Shown here one piece after another: positions 24,159-36,052 of a stretch of DNA of 43,883 nt. This stretch comes from Folioceros fuciformis (taxonomy: Eukaryota). The stretch's first letter is position 1; the number at the start of each line of letters is the position of its first letter. The stretch covers positions 1 through 43,883 of the forward strand of contig JBNGIO010003217.1 of the NCBI GenBank assembly GCA_049999805.1, in the 5' to 3' direction. The translations under genes and the position numbers were made by a program. A model generated the notes under the pieces. It worked only from the letters and a program-made list of their open reading frames with translations. It had not been told where the DNA came from and did not search any database.

Positions 24159-25010
24159 GCCCCGGCTGATTCCTCCCATCGGCATACACAAATCCTGTAT
24201 GCACGCTGCCGCTGGCAGCGTCTGCACTCACTTCTCTTCTCCTCACATTGTGTGCCGCCTGCAGGTTGTAATTACCGCCGCCCTGCATCCATCGTTAGAG
24301 ATGCCCTCTCCTTTCCTTTCCTTTGCGTTCCTCTCCCAGGGAGGGAGGAATAAGGTTGCGTGTGGCGAGGATCGAGGCGCCCCTGCTCCTTCCTTCCCAC
24401 CTACAGGCCCTTTCACTCCCATGCGGCCAGGATCATCACTCACCATCATGGACTGCGCGATTCGGATTCGGATTCCGATTCACGATTCGCATCAGTGGAC
24501 ACCTGCCCGGCCGCCTCCCCTATCCTCGGGCGCACCCGGCCCGGCCTGGCCTGGCCCGCGCGCGCGCCCATGCCTCCACGATGGAAGGAGGGCAGCCTGC
24601 CAGTGCCGCCGACTGGGCCCGCTTTAATGGGACCTGGGGGGGCGCGGGGCCGGAGCCGGAACCGTGGCCGGTGAGGGGGCGAAACCAGAGCGGCGAAAAG
24701 GGAGCCAGAATTGGGCCGGCGATTCCCAACCGATTTCTAGAGTGTAGTGTAGTGTTGCATATCATCTGGCGCTGTCGGGGTGACAGCAGACCCGCTCAAC
24801 TGTTTCCCCCATGCGATCGTGATGATTGACGGCAGCGGCGCTGGCAGCAGCAGCAGGCGGTCCCGGCACCGGGCCCGGCCGTGTTAGACGCTGCGAGGAG
24901 CTCTTCTCAACTCCGTCTGCAACTGCAACCGAGACAAAGAAAGTCAGTGCGTCGTGTGTGTGTGCGCAGACTGTACCACGGCACGGCACGGCGCAGCTTA
25001 CGGCTCATGG

Positions 25011-25084
25011 CCTCCGCCTTCCGCCTTCCGCCTTCCGCCTTCCGTCTTCCGCCTTTCGGCTTTCGGCTTGCGGCTTGCGGCTTC
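25011..25084. repeat. Degenerate 7-bp tandem repeat (~10 units)
   Basis: Units CCTTCCG grade into CTTTCGG and CTTGCGG. Confidence 0.9.
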
Positions 25085-25912
25085 TGGTACGCATATCGAC
25101 TCCAGTTGTTTCGACGTGCTCTGTAACGGAACGTGCTCTGTCAGGCCATTTCCGCGAACATGACCTCGCACGCTTCATCCAATGTGAACGCGCCGCATCC
25201 CGTGAACCTGCTCTGCTCTCTCATCCAAAGGTCACCGCTCCAGGTACTGTTTAGGGAAAGGCTCGCATACCTGGTCCTATATAGTCAGTTGTACCAACAA
25301 CCAAGTTACAAAACTATGGGAGGATGAACCGAGAGGTTCGAATCAATCAATTTTTATTAAAAAAAACGTAGTGTACATTTAGGGCACGCTTTCGTTCTTA
25401 GCAAAATACTTGGTTATAAGGCTCTTAGAAATGTGTGTCCGTTTAGACCAAGCTATTTGGAGTAGTATCACACTGTATCAAGATAGTAAAGATAATTAAT
25501 TCAAAGATATCTATTATGAAGATAACGTCGAACGCATTTGCTCGTTTCGAATTGATTAACTATGGTTTATGGATTGCCGCGACGCGACACGTTTGCTTTT
25601 GAAGTGCATTATGGCAACACCGTTTAGGAAACATCTGCCTCGTCGGGTGTGAAGCTAGCGAGCGGCTCGCTGTTGCATAGGGACCGTTGGGGTTTGTTCC
25701 TGGACTTGGACTTCCAAGGTAGAACCTCGAGCAAGCTGGGAGGAGGCTGTGTATAGGCTGCAAGTATCCATGCCTCAGCGTTTGGCACCAGGAGAAGAGC
25801 CGACGATTGCGGCTGGAGGTGGAGGTTCCGACACATGTGCGGTTATCAAGGATTGGAGCAGTCGGGGCGAGGCGAAGGATAGTTTAATCAGGATCCGCGT
25901 TCCATGTAAAGT

Positions 25913-26755
25913 ATGGAGTGTCCCCTTATCCGGGAGGTATGGGCAAGCAATCTAGAAAGTGAGTTCTACTTCATACGGAACATTGTAGATGATTACCCTT
26001 TCGTGGCTATGGACACGGAGTTCCCTGGCCTCGTGGCACGGCTGAATCCGGTAAATTTCAAGAACTCTGCAGAGTACCAGTATGCAGCTCTGCAGACGAA
26101 TGTGGATAAGCTCAAGCTCATACAGCTTGGCCTAACATTCTCTGACGCGAAAGGAAATCTGCCGGTCGTCGAAGGCAGAGATTGTGTGTGGCAGTTTAAC
26201 TTCCGAGATTTCAACTTGGAGAAAGATCCCTACGCATTGGACAGTATTAATTTGCTCCGCAAGTGTGGCATCGACTTCGACGGTTTCAGAGAAAAAGGCG
26301 TAGAGGCCATTCAATTTGCTGAGCTGCTCATATCCTCCGGTGTTGTGCTCAACGACAAACTGCTCTGGATCACGTTCCATTCCTGTTACGATTTCGGTTA
26401 TTTACTGAAGACAATCACAAATAAAGGCCTTCCATCGGACGAGGATAGCTTCTTCCGCTTGGTGCATTGTTACTTCCCCTTAGAGATAGATATCAAGCAC
26501 CTTATGAGCGTCTCCGGAAATTTACGGTGTGGACGATTCTATGGCGGCTTGGAGAGGCTGGCAGATATGTTAGGAGTGCCGCGAGTTGGACCTTCCCATC
26601 AGGCCGGGTCTGACTCTCTGTTAACTTCCCGTGTCTTCTTCGCCTTATTAGAACAGAAGATCGCCAACTTTGAAGACATAATGAAGCATCGAGGGATGGT
26701 GTATGGATTGGGAGGGGTAGAGGAAGTAGATTTGCCAAGTGTCGCGCCAGGTTAG
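25913..26755 (+). CDS. CAF1: CCR4-associated factor 1 (DEDD poly(A) deadenylase), intronless, 280 aa
   Basis: IREVWASNL, AMDTEFPG, KLIQLGLTFSD, WQFNFRDF, TFHSCYDFGY, HQAGSDSLLT. All DEDDh residues are present. Confidence 0.96.
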   Translation: MECPLIREVWASNLESEFYFIRNIVDDYPFVAMDTEFPGLVARLNPVNFKNSAEYQYAALQTNVDKLKLIQLGLTFSDAKGNLPVVEGRDCVWQFNFRDFNLEKDPYALDSINLLRKCGIDFDGFREKGVEAIQFAELLISSGVVLNDKLLWITFHSCYDFGYLLKTITNKGLPSDEDSFFRLVHCYFPLEIDIKHLMSVSGNLRCGRFYGGLERLADMLGVPRVGPSHQAGSDSLLTSRVFFALLEQKIANFEDIMKHRGMVYGLGGVEEVDLPSVAPG

Positions 26756-27582
26756 CGGATCCTAAGTTTAGGCAAGGATTTCTCTACACCAGATGTCTCT
26801 CCTGCTCCACCTGCACATAGTCGCGTTCACTTGTATTTTTAAAACAGTACCGTTAGGTTTCAAGGTGAACTTGGTTTGCCGCTCTACTCTTATCTGTGCC
26901 CGCCGACCATTTCGGGGTGCCAGTCTGTATTTGCTACTTCATCTGTATGTCCTCATATTAACATCGTGTCTCCCTGCTACGGAGCTCTCATATCAATGCC
27001 TCCAATCTACAAGGTAGCTGCTGCCGCTCTCCTTTTCTCCTGTTGAGATATGAACGGCAAGCCTATGGGAAATAGACACGTTTGTGTAGCCAGTTTATTC
27101 TTGCCCCAAGTTTGTTTGGTCCTTGTGGGATCTTACGGATTGGTCTAATGGGCGTTTACTTAGCCTGTACTAAAAGATTTGATGCTATATTTGGGTGGTT
27201 TCATCACACCAAGAGTCCTCCTAACCTGGCACTGGCACGGTCTGGTTTTTTAGTTTTTGTTTTCCCTGTTCGCACTGGACTTGCCTATCACCACGTATCG
27301 TTTTGAGCACCAGATTCCTTATTTGTCTGCTAGCGAAGTGTGGGAATTCCGAAAGCAAACTTTTAATATAAGCCGTGGAAAATTTCTTGTGCAGAATCCT
27401 CTATAGCTGTCTGCCATGTATGCAGCCCTGTTGTTTGCTCTTGTCGAATATCCCAGTTTACTAATTATCTGTTTGAGCCTATCTCAATGACTAGTTTTCT
27501 GTTTTGAATATTTCTCGACTACACTTGAAAAATTGGTCCGATCCTTCTTTTTCAGCCTGCACAACCAATCCAAGGACACACG

Positions 27583-29636
27583 TTACAGCACGAACAGGAC
27601 CTTGACCGCGTTGGAGATTCCCATCCACATTTTCCTGTGAACGAGGTGTCGATAGTACCTCATAGCAGAGCCCAGGTTGCCAACATTCTGATTCCGAGAA
27701 CGTTTAGCCTTTTCAGGCCCTTCTGGAGCCCTCTGGACTTTGCTTCCTTTGCTCTTCGAGTTCATCGTGTTCTTCAGCTTCCAAAACACGCGTTTCTCCA
27801 ATGCCTCTATCCTCGCCTCCGCTGCTTGCCGTTCCTCCTCGTCGGTCAATCGTTTCTTGGGAGCGAGTGTTCGACGACCAGTCTTATCCTTCAGCTCTGA
27901 TTTAAGGGCCTGTACCATTTGCTCCAACTCCTGTATCTTTTTGTCTTTGTCGTCCGCTACAGTAGTGGTTGGAGAATTGTCTACGTCTACCTCAAAGTTT
28001 CCAATAACTTCCCTTGGCCTCAATGCTCGGGGCTTCTTGCTTTCATCTTTAGCCCCCTCTGATTCCCGGGTCTCAACGTCAATTTCTAAATAGCCAAAAT
28101 CCTCGTAGTCATCAGAGTCCTGTCCATCACTTACTTCGCCTTTATCGTACAAATCTTCCATAGCTTGCACCTGTAAGGTTACCCCTGTGCCCCGCTCTCC
28201 TTCCAGCCCTTGAGAAACGGACTTCCTCCCTTGCAGATGATCTCCTGAATCTAATGACACTATCTGCTCAGCTCGGTTGCCAGAGGCCGCTTGGATCCTG
28301 GCCTCAGCTTCAAGAGACCCCTCCTGAACTTTTGCCAGTTCCTGACTAGATTGAGAACTGTCCAGAGCTTTTTCAGTCCGTACAACATCCCTAGCTTCGA
28401 ACAAAGCTGTTCCTTCATCGTTCTCCTCGAATGATTCCAACTCCGCATCAAGCAACTCATCATCCTCGTCCTCTAAAGAAATCCATATTTCCTCTTCAAG
28501 TGTTCGCAACTCCGTCTCACTAACAGGACCAAGATCATCCACAAGCTCCGTTTCACTGACCTTGGATGATGCATCCTTACTTCCAAGTCCCTTGAGATAC
28601 TCCCTGGCGGATGCAGATGCCGCAGGAGCTCTTGACAACCCTGCCTCTCTCACCCTGAGTCGTCCTGGAATGGTTGGAAGAGCGACATCCTGTGATGAGG
28701 TACTATCCGAGTTAGCACGGGAGAGTGACAGTTTCTTTTCCACCTTCCCAAACTTGAGAGGTTGTCCATTGAAAACTCTGACGAAACTGATGCAATCACA
28801 GAAGTCGGGAAGTCAGTCTGCCTGACATAATGTATGCCCTTAGAGTTAGAAACGATGGCCACACCCAAATTCCCGCAAACCTTACTTGTCCGCCTCTTTC
28901 TCTCTGGCAAAAGTGAGAAATGCAGTCCCTTTACATGTTGGCTCTCTTGTCTTATCGTCTCCCAGAAGCATGGGGCGAATGTGCAGAAGCCCTTGAACAC
29001 CTCGAAGAGCTGCACGTAAATCCCTTTCCACATTCCTTTTCTTGGGCAAATTGCTCACCTTAACCACGAATCCAGGGGGTGCCTCGCTAACTGCATCCAG
29101 TACAACAGCAGCTCAGTCGCTATCTACGCTCAGAAGCTCAGTCGCTACCATGCACGCATCTGCACATTAGTTTTGCAAACACATCCCAAGCCCGACCACC
29201 AACCTGCTTTCGCTGCATTGCTAGCAGGCTTCTCACTGCCGCTTTTCCTCCTGTTTTTTGCAGCAGCCTGCGCTTTCCTGTCTCGCTCGATCTCCTCAAG
29301 CAGCTTCGTTTCTAAGGACAAGTCATACGTGGCTCCTACACCGAACCCAGCAGGTTTGTTCTGCATCCATTCTTGCATCGACTCCAATTCCTCTCCTCCA
29401 TCCTCATCGTCATCCTCCGCAAAATCCAGAGTATCTAAGGCGTGCTCCTGTTTCTCCTTCAAAGCCCGACAGATCCGCCGCCGTGCATCCAATGGCCACT
29501 TGGACGCTGCAATTCCTCCATCGCACGAAACCTTCCTCGGGCAGTACAGCAGCAGCTCTGGCGGGGTGAGAAGCACCTCTGGATTGGTACAAACTTGACG
29601 CAATCCGGTTACACAAGCGACGGCTAAAGTCGCCAT
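27583..29636 (-). CDS. Plastid-targeted single-RRM RNA-binding protein (RBD1/At1g70200-like by recollection), 3 exons, 613 aa
   Basis: Exons 29636-29204, 29090-28886, 28786-27583, phase-consistent. Transit-peptide-like N-terminus, KPAGFG..YD.SLE.KLLEEIE motif, RRM (VKVSNLPKKRN...CKGTAFLTF...FVRVFNG) and a long acidic/coiled C-terminal region. Confidence 0.85.
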
Positions 29637-30385
29637 CGCCCAACCTCCACAAGCTGCAATTGGCAATTACAGTTAGGGATCTCCAGTTCCAAACCTCATC
29701 TTTCGCTGAACCGGTTACTCGATCTTGGCCCCAGGTGGTCGTGGCGATATGAAAGCTGTGAAGCCGGACCGAGTTAAATCTCATTTCACATGTCCCAAGT
29801 CCTTCCTTCTCCTTGCACTCTGCTCAAACTTTTCTTCCTCCTTTGTCTGAGGGCGGCCTCCGAACATCATTGACCGTCACCGTTCAACAAAAATTCTTGT
29901 CTGCATGCCGTTCGTTGCGAGCGAGTCTGCACCATGTACTTGGTGCACGTTGTTCGACAATGAACAATATGCCGGCTGTAAAAAAGCGCAGCTCCGGAAG
30001 GTGGAGCAAGAATTCAGGCCCTTGAGCTGCTCCACTAGGCATCCGTTACGGATCCTGAAAGGGAACCGCTATGGCCGGAAGTGGCCGGATGTCATGTGTA
30101 TTAAGAATCTGGCACACAGTTCCTTTCTTCTCATTCATTTGCCCTCTCGGCAGTGCAGCTGAAAAACGATCACAATTGTGATCCCGAAGTTGACATGATC
30201 TCGCCTTCTTCACTATCAGTAGACAGCAAGCAGGCAACCGCAATCGAGCCCTCCAGCATGCTAGCTAGAAATCGTGTCCGGATAAGAACATGAGATACGG
30301 GCATTCCCGATTGCTACCTGAACAAAAGCTCCTGAACACTTGCCACAGATGGTCTCCATCTCTGACCATGTACCGTCATAGCATG

Positions 30386-31079
30386 TCATGTCTTCGTTGG
30401 CTGGTAAGGACTAGCGAACTTGGACTGAGAGCTACCAGCCCTGAGAGACTTCTTCATCCATCTGAAGAGCCGATCGATCGGCAAGCAGCCCAGAGCGCAT
30501 ACCATGGCAAGAGTGAACAGGGGCTGAAGAAACACATCCTGCCTGTATGTACCCTCCGAGGTGACATACCAAAGCAAAGCAACCATGCCAGCTAGACTGA
30601 CATAAGAAGGGCCGAACATGGAAAGGATGGCCCCAACCAGGCTCAAAACACTGCCAGCCAGCAGGATAGGATGTATCGACGCGGGTTCTGCTGCTGCATC
30701 TGCTCCATCCCCTTCGTACTTGGTCAGCAGGGTGTTCCAGTCTGGTAGGGTGAAATCCTCGTTGTCTCCCACGATGGACTCCACCTTGGTCATGAAAGCT
30801 GAGGGATAGGCCACGGATTTCAGCACCGCCTTGTTCACCACGTTGGCGTGGTGGAGATAGGAAATCAGGACTTCCACTGAACTCGTGCAGGTACCCTTGT
30901 GACATGGAACGCTGCCGACATCCGGGGAGCTGATTTAGAAGCTTGCGGCAAGCATTCATCACCGTGCCAGTATCGTGAAGGAGCAAAAGCAAGCGGAGGG
31001 TTGGTGGTCACCTGAATATTGGAAACGAGAAGAGGGTGATCAGGAAGAAGAACTGGGCGAGGCGTCCTCGCAAATCCAT
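30386..31079 (-). CDS. Uncharacterised membrane protein, 2 exons, 197 aa
   Basis: Exons 31079-31012 and 30911-30386 splice in frame: MDLRGRLAQFFFLITLFSFPIFS|VPCHKGTCTSSVEVL...YPSAF...LPDW..LL. One N-terminal and about 3 C-terminal hydrophobic segments. Confidence 0.75.
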
Positions 31080-31234
31080 GTTGAACGGGTTCACCGGCCT
31101 TGGGTCTTCCCCGTTTCCAGCCATCGTAGTTCGCTCACAGACGGGATGGAATCTGATAAAAGAGCTGGCTGGTCTTTGGAGTCAGCTGAAGTAGTTTTAG
31201 AGTGCAGTTCTGTGGGGAGCATGCCAGAATTGGA

Positions 31235-34200
31235 ATGAAGCAAGCTGGTGGTCTCAAGGCTCTGATTAGAAGCAAGCCTGCTTCCCTTTGCCCTTTGGGC
31301 GATTGCTGGAGATGTCTTTCGCTGTCGCGGGGCTCATCAGCAACGAGCACTTCTGCAGCTTATGATTGTGCATGGGGGGACGGTGGATCGGAGAAGGTAA
31401 TTCTCACATTCATCAGCGCCCATTTGAAAGATCTGCTCTGAAAGGATTTAGGTGGCACAGTAGTTCTTGACATGGATCGTTTCAGGGGCGCTGCAACCCG
31501 TGGGAATCTGTGAGTGGGGCAAGTGTACAATTCACAGGCCTTCATAAAAAGCTAGGAGTCACAAACACTGCGTGGGAAGGATTCTACCAACGGAGTGAGG
31601 TCTCTGGCAGGTCTAACTTGCTCTCGCTCGCAATCATCTCCTTTGAATGGAATGTATGTTGTTGGCATGCTGAAGCTACATAGCAGTGGCAGGCTGATGG
31701 GGACCAGAATCAGCCTTGCAGGTTGGGAAGTTGTAAGGAGACTTTGGAGTGTGCAACTTGGGGGAAATCGTGTGAAGAAGAGCAGCTCAATGAAGTCGTT
31801 AAGGCTTTGGACTTCCTGGTCCAGCGGGAGTGTTATGTTCCGGCGTCTATTTTTCATACCGTCATCAAGGGGTGCACTGCAGATCAGGATGTGGTTGCTG
31901 GCAGGCATGTGCATGCGCTCACAGTTCAAAGTGGCCATGAGTCAAACACATCCTTGGCGAACAAAATCATCTCTATGTATGCTGCTCACGGGAAGTTACA
32001 GTGGGCTACACAGGTGTTCAGTAGTGTGGCTGCACCAAGTTCGTCTACTTGGGCTTCCATGATTTTAGCCTTCGCTCAGCATGGGGAGCCCTGGCAAGCT
32101 ATCAACATGTATCGGCAAATGCGAGAAGCTGCGGTAGAGCCAACAAGCCATATATTTGTGGCCGTCCTTAAAGCGTGTGCTAGGGCTGCAGACTTGGCAT
32201 CTGGCAAGGAGGTGCATGCTGACATTCTGGGCAGTGTGGTGCAGCCCAATACATTTGTTGGAAACTGCCTGGTGACCATGTATGCAAAATGTGGGAGTGT
32301 AGCAGATGCTCGCAGAGTATTTGACAGCTTGCCCACAAAGGATTTGGCAACATGGAACGCTATGATTGCAGGATATGCTCAACATGGCTTCGGTCAACAC
32401 GCCCTTTCTCTCTTTGCAATTAAGCAACAAGAGGAAATCGCTTCAGCAAATTATGTGACATTTCTGTGTCTCTTGAAAGCCTGTGCAAGATCGCGGGCTT
32501 CAAGTGAGGGCAAAAAGCTGCACTTCCAGATTCGGAAACGAGGACTGGAAGATGATGTGGTGCTTGGCAGCAGCCTGGTGGATATGTATGCAAAATGTGG
32601 TTTATTACAAGATGCTCAGAGAGTATTTGATAGGTTGCCCAGCAAGAACGTGGTTACATGGACAGCCATCATTGGAGGATACGCCGAGCATGGTTTTGGT
32701 CAAGAAGCCCTGAATCTTTATAGTCGGATGCAAGAAGATTGTGTTAGTCCTGCCAATCATGTCACCTTTGTTTGCCTCCTGAAAGCTTGTGCCAGTGTTG
32801 GAGCTTTACACGAGGTAAAACGTGTGCACTCCCAAATACAAGAAAAGGGCCTAGATACTGACATGGCGGTCGGGAATAGACTGGTAGACTCGTACGTCAA
32901 ATGTGGGAACCTGAATGATGCTCGTGCAGTATTTGACAAATTGCCCGCCAAAGACAGCATGTCATGGAATCTCATGATCTCTGGGTATGTCCATCAGGGT
33001 TTGGGTCATGAAGCCCTTATTCTGTATGCGAGGATGGAAAAAGAAGCTGGTTCTTCATCCGATTGTTCTACATTTGGCTGCCTCCTGAGAGCATGTTCAA
33101 GCGTCAGAGCTCTTCGTCAGGGCAAGGATCTTCATGATGCAATCAAGAGACAAGGACTGGAAACTGATGATAGGCTTGGAAACAACCTGGTAGAAATGTA
33201 TGCAAAATGTGGGGCCATGGAGGATGCTCGGGGAGTCTTTGAAAGATTGCACATGAAGGATATAACATCGTGGAATGCCCTGATTGCTGCGTACGTTGAG
33301 AATGGTCAAAACTATGATGCAGTTGCTTTGTATCAGCGTATGCAAGTTGAGGGTGTTACTGAAGCCGATCGCGCCACATTCCTATCCTTATTGAAAGCAG
33401 CTGCTAGCCTTGGAGCCCTACACCAGGGTAAACAACTTCATTTCAAGATAAAGGAAAGGGGACTGGAAAGTGATGTTGTCGTTGGCAGCTGCCTGGTGGA
33501 CATGTATGCAAAATGTCACAGCTTACAGGATGCCTGTGAATTGTTTGAGAGGTTGCCCACCAAAAATGTGGTAACATGGACTGCCCTGATTACGGGATAT
33601 GCTCGCCACGGGCTTGGCAAAGAAGCATTATATCTGTTTGAAAAAATGCAACTGGACGGTGCCACTGTGGCTGATAATGTTACGTTGGGGTGTGTACTGA
33701 GAGTGTGTGCAGATGTCAGGTCTTTAGATAAGGGTAGAGAAGTACACTCGCAGATTGAAGAAAGGGGGCTGGCAGGTGATGTTATTATCGACAACAGCCT
33801 GGTGGACATGTATGCAAAATGTGGAAGTCTCGAGGAGGCCCGCAGAGTATTTGACAGATTGCCAACCAGAGACGTGTTGGCATGGAATGCCATAATTTCT
33901 GGATACGCTGAGCATGGTCTTGCTCAAGAAGCTCTGTCCCTTTTTGCAAGTATGCAAGGTGAGAGTACCATTCAAGCAGATCATATTACTTACGTGGGCC
34001 TCCTGAAAGCATGTGCACGTGTCAGGGCGTTACAGGAGGGAAAAGAGCTTCATGCCCAGATTCAGAAAAGAGGACTGGAAGGTCATGTAATTGTTGGCAA
34101 CGGTCTGATAGATATGTATGCAAAATGTGGTGATTTAGATAATGCACGTATAGTATTCGAGCGACTCCCGGCAAGGGATGTGGTAACATGGACTGCCATG

Positions 34201-35691
34201 ATTTCAGGATATGCTCAACATGGGCTTGGTCAGGAAGCCCTCTCTGTCTATGAACGTATGCTAGAGGAGGGTCTGACACCGACAGACCATGTTACATATG
34301 CTTGCCTCCTCAGAGCATGTGCCAGCATCGGATCCATACATCATGGGAAACAAGTCCATTCTCAGATTCAAAAACGAGAACTGGAGGGCGAAGTCATTAT
34401 CGGAAATGGTTTGGTTGACATGTATGCGAAATGTGGGAGTTTAGAGGATGCTCGTAGAGTGTTTGACCGATTGCCAGCAAGAGATGTTGTAACATGGACG
34501 TCCATGATATCAGGTTACGCACAGCAGGGGCTAGGGCAAGAAGCCCTTGTTCTGTACGATAGTATGCAACAGGAGGATATCGCTGCTGATCCTGTTACTT
34601 TTGTTTGCCTCTTGAAAGCTTGTGCTAGCATCGGAGCCGTAAATCAGGGAAAGAAGATTCATTCTCAGATTCAGGAAAGGGGACTGGACTGTGATCTGGT
34701 CGTCGGGAACGCGTTAGTGGACATGTATGCAAAATGTGGAGATCTTGCTGACGCTCGCAGTGTATTTGACAAGTTTCCTTCCCGAGATGTGGTGTCCTGG
34801 ACTGCTCTGTTGAATGGATATTGCCAACATAGTAATGGTCAAATGGCAATTGACTGTTTTGAAGAGATGCGGCAAGATGGGGTGGAGCCCAATGATGCCA
34901 CATTTATTTGTTTGCTTGTAGCATGCAGTCACGAGGGCCTGGTGAATGAAGGTCAGCAGTTCTTTAAAGTAATGGTGGAAGACTATTCTCTAGAGCCCAC
35001 AGTTCACCACTATTGTTGCATGGTTGATCTTCTTGGGCGGTCCGGCCATCTAGAAGAAGCAGAGCATCTGTTGCGCAGTATGCCAGTTCCCAGTGACGTA
35101 GTGGGCTGGACGTCACTACTGAATGCCTGTAAATACCTCGGCGACATAGATCGTGGGAGGAAATGCTTTGACCGTCTCCATGCACTGGAACCTCAAAATG
35201 GAGCTGCTTACATGGTCATGGAATGCATCTATCGAGATGCTGGTAGGTGGGAGGACGTTGAGTGTCTCCAAGCCTTAAGAAAGTCCGCCGGGGTTTGCAA
35301 GAAACCTGCAAGGGCTTGGATTGAAGTAAACAGCAAGGTCCACACATTCTGCGTGGGGGAAGGAAGGGATGACATCTCCTCTAAGCTAAGAAGTGTGAAC
35401 ATGTGGCTGGAGGAAGATCTTGGACATGTGTCACAGGCAGAAGCTCCTGCTGACAGAAAGAAGCAGGATGCCTTGTGTGGACATGCTGAGAAACTGGCGT
35501 TAGCCTACGGTCTTCTGAACACTGCAGATGGCACAACTCTTCTAGTCACCAAGAATCTCCGTATGTGCAATGACTGCCACAGCGGCACGAAAGCTATGTC
35601 GAGGTTAGAACAGCGAGAGATCATAGTTCGAGATGCACACCGCGTTCACCATTTTGTGAACGGCTTCTGCTCCTGTGGGGATCTGGTATGA
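31235..35691 (+). CDS. PLS-class PPR protein, ~32 repeats + E1/E2 + DYW:KP-type deaminase-fold domain (candidate organellar U-to-C editing factor)
   Basis: Predicted exon 1 is 31235-31396 (MKQAGGLKALIRSK..., presequence-like, donor AG|GTAATT). Exon 2 runs from 31684/31687 to 35691. Ten L-S-P triplets, then L2-S2-E1-E2, then KKPARAWIE, ALCGHAEKLA, KNLRMCNDCH, HHF..G.CSCGDLV*. Confidence 0.95.
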
Positions 35692-36052
35692 CAACGCACT
35701 GCTGCTGACTCTCCACAGATTCTCAAAACTGTGCATTTTCAGATAAGGAATGCGCTTCATGAAAATTGTGACCCGCCGAACAGTCCTCCACTTTGTGAGT
35801 GGATCCTGTGCATGGGACCTCAGCAAATAACGAATGAAGTCTCAAAATCTTACCCTAAACCCTGATCGTTGCCACTGATGGCGACCACATTGCTGCCAAC
35901 TCTGATTCTTGATGCCTGGTTATGCAGATCTTCGACACTACAACAGCCAAGCACCTATGTCGGACCGTCAATGAACGACGGCACGAAGCCCTTCCCCTGT
36001 TACTCGGAACGTGGAAGAATGCGAAACAAGAGAAGTGCTCTCATTGCTTATT

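Noticed and set aside
21097-25327. Many overlapping 60-170 aa ORFs in all six frames
   Set aside because: These are expected in high-GC, low-complexity DNA. Most start at non-ATG codons and none has a recognisable domain.
25913-26755. Intronless CAF1 as a retrogene novelty
   Set aside because: Plant CAF1 coding regions are commonly intronless.
35853-35863. CCCTAAACCCT telomere-like / telo-box sequence
   Set aside because: It is under two units and isolated, too weak to call.
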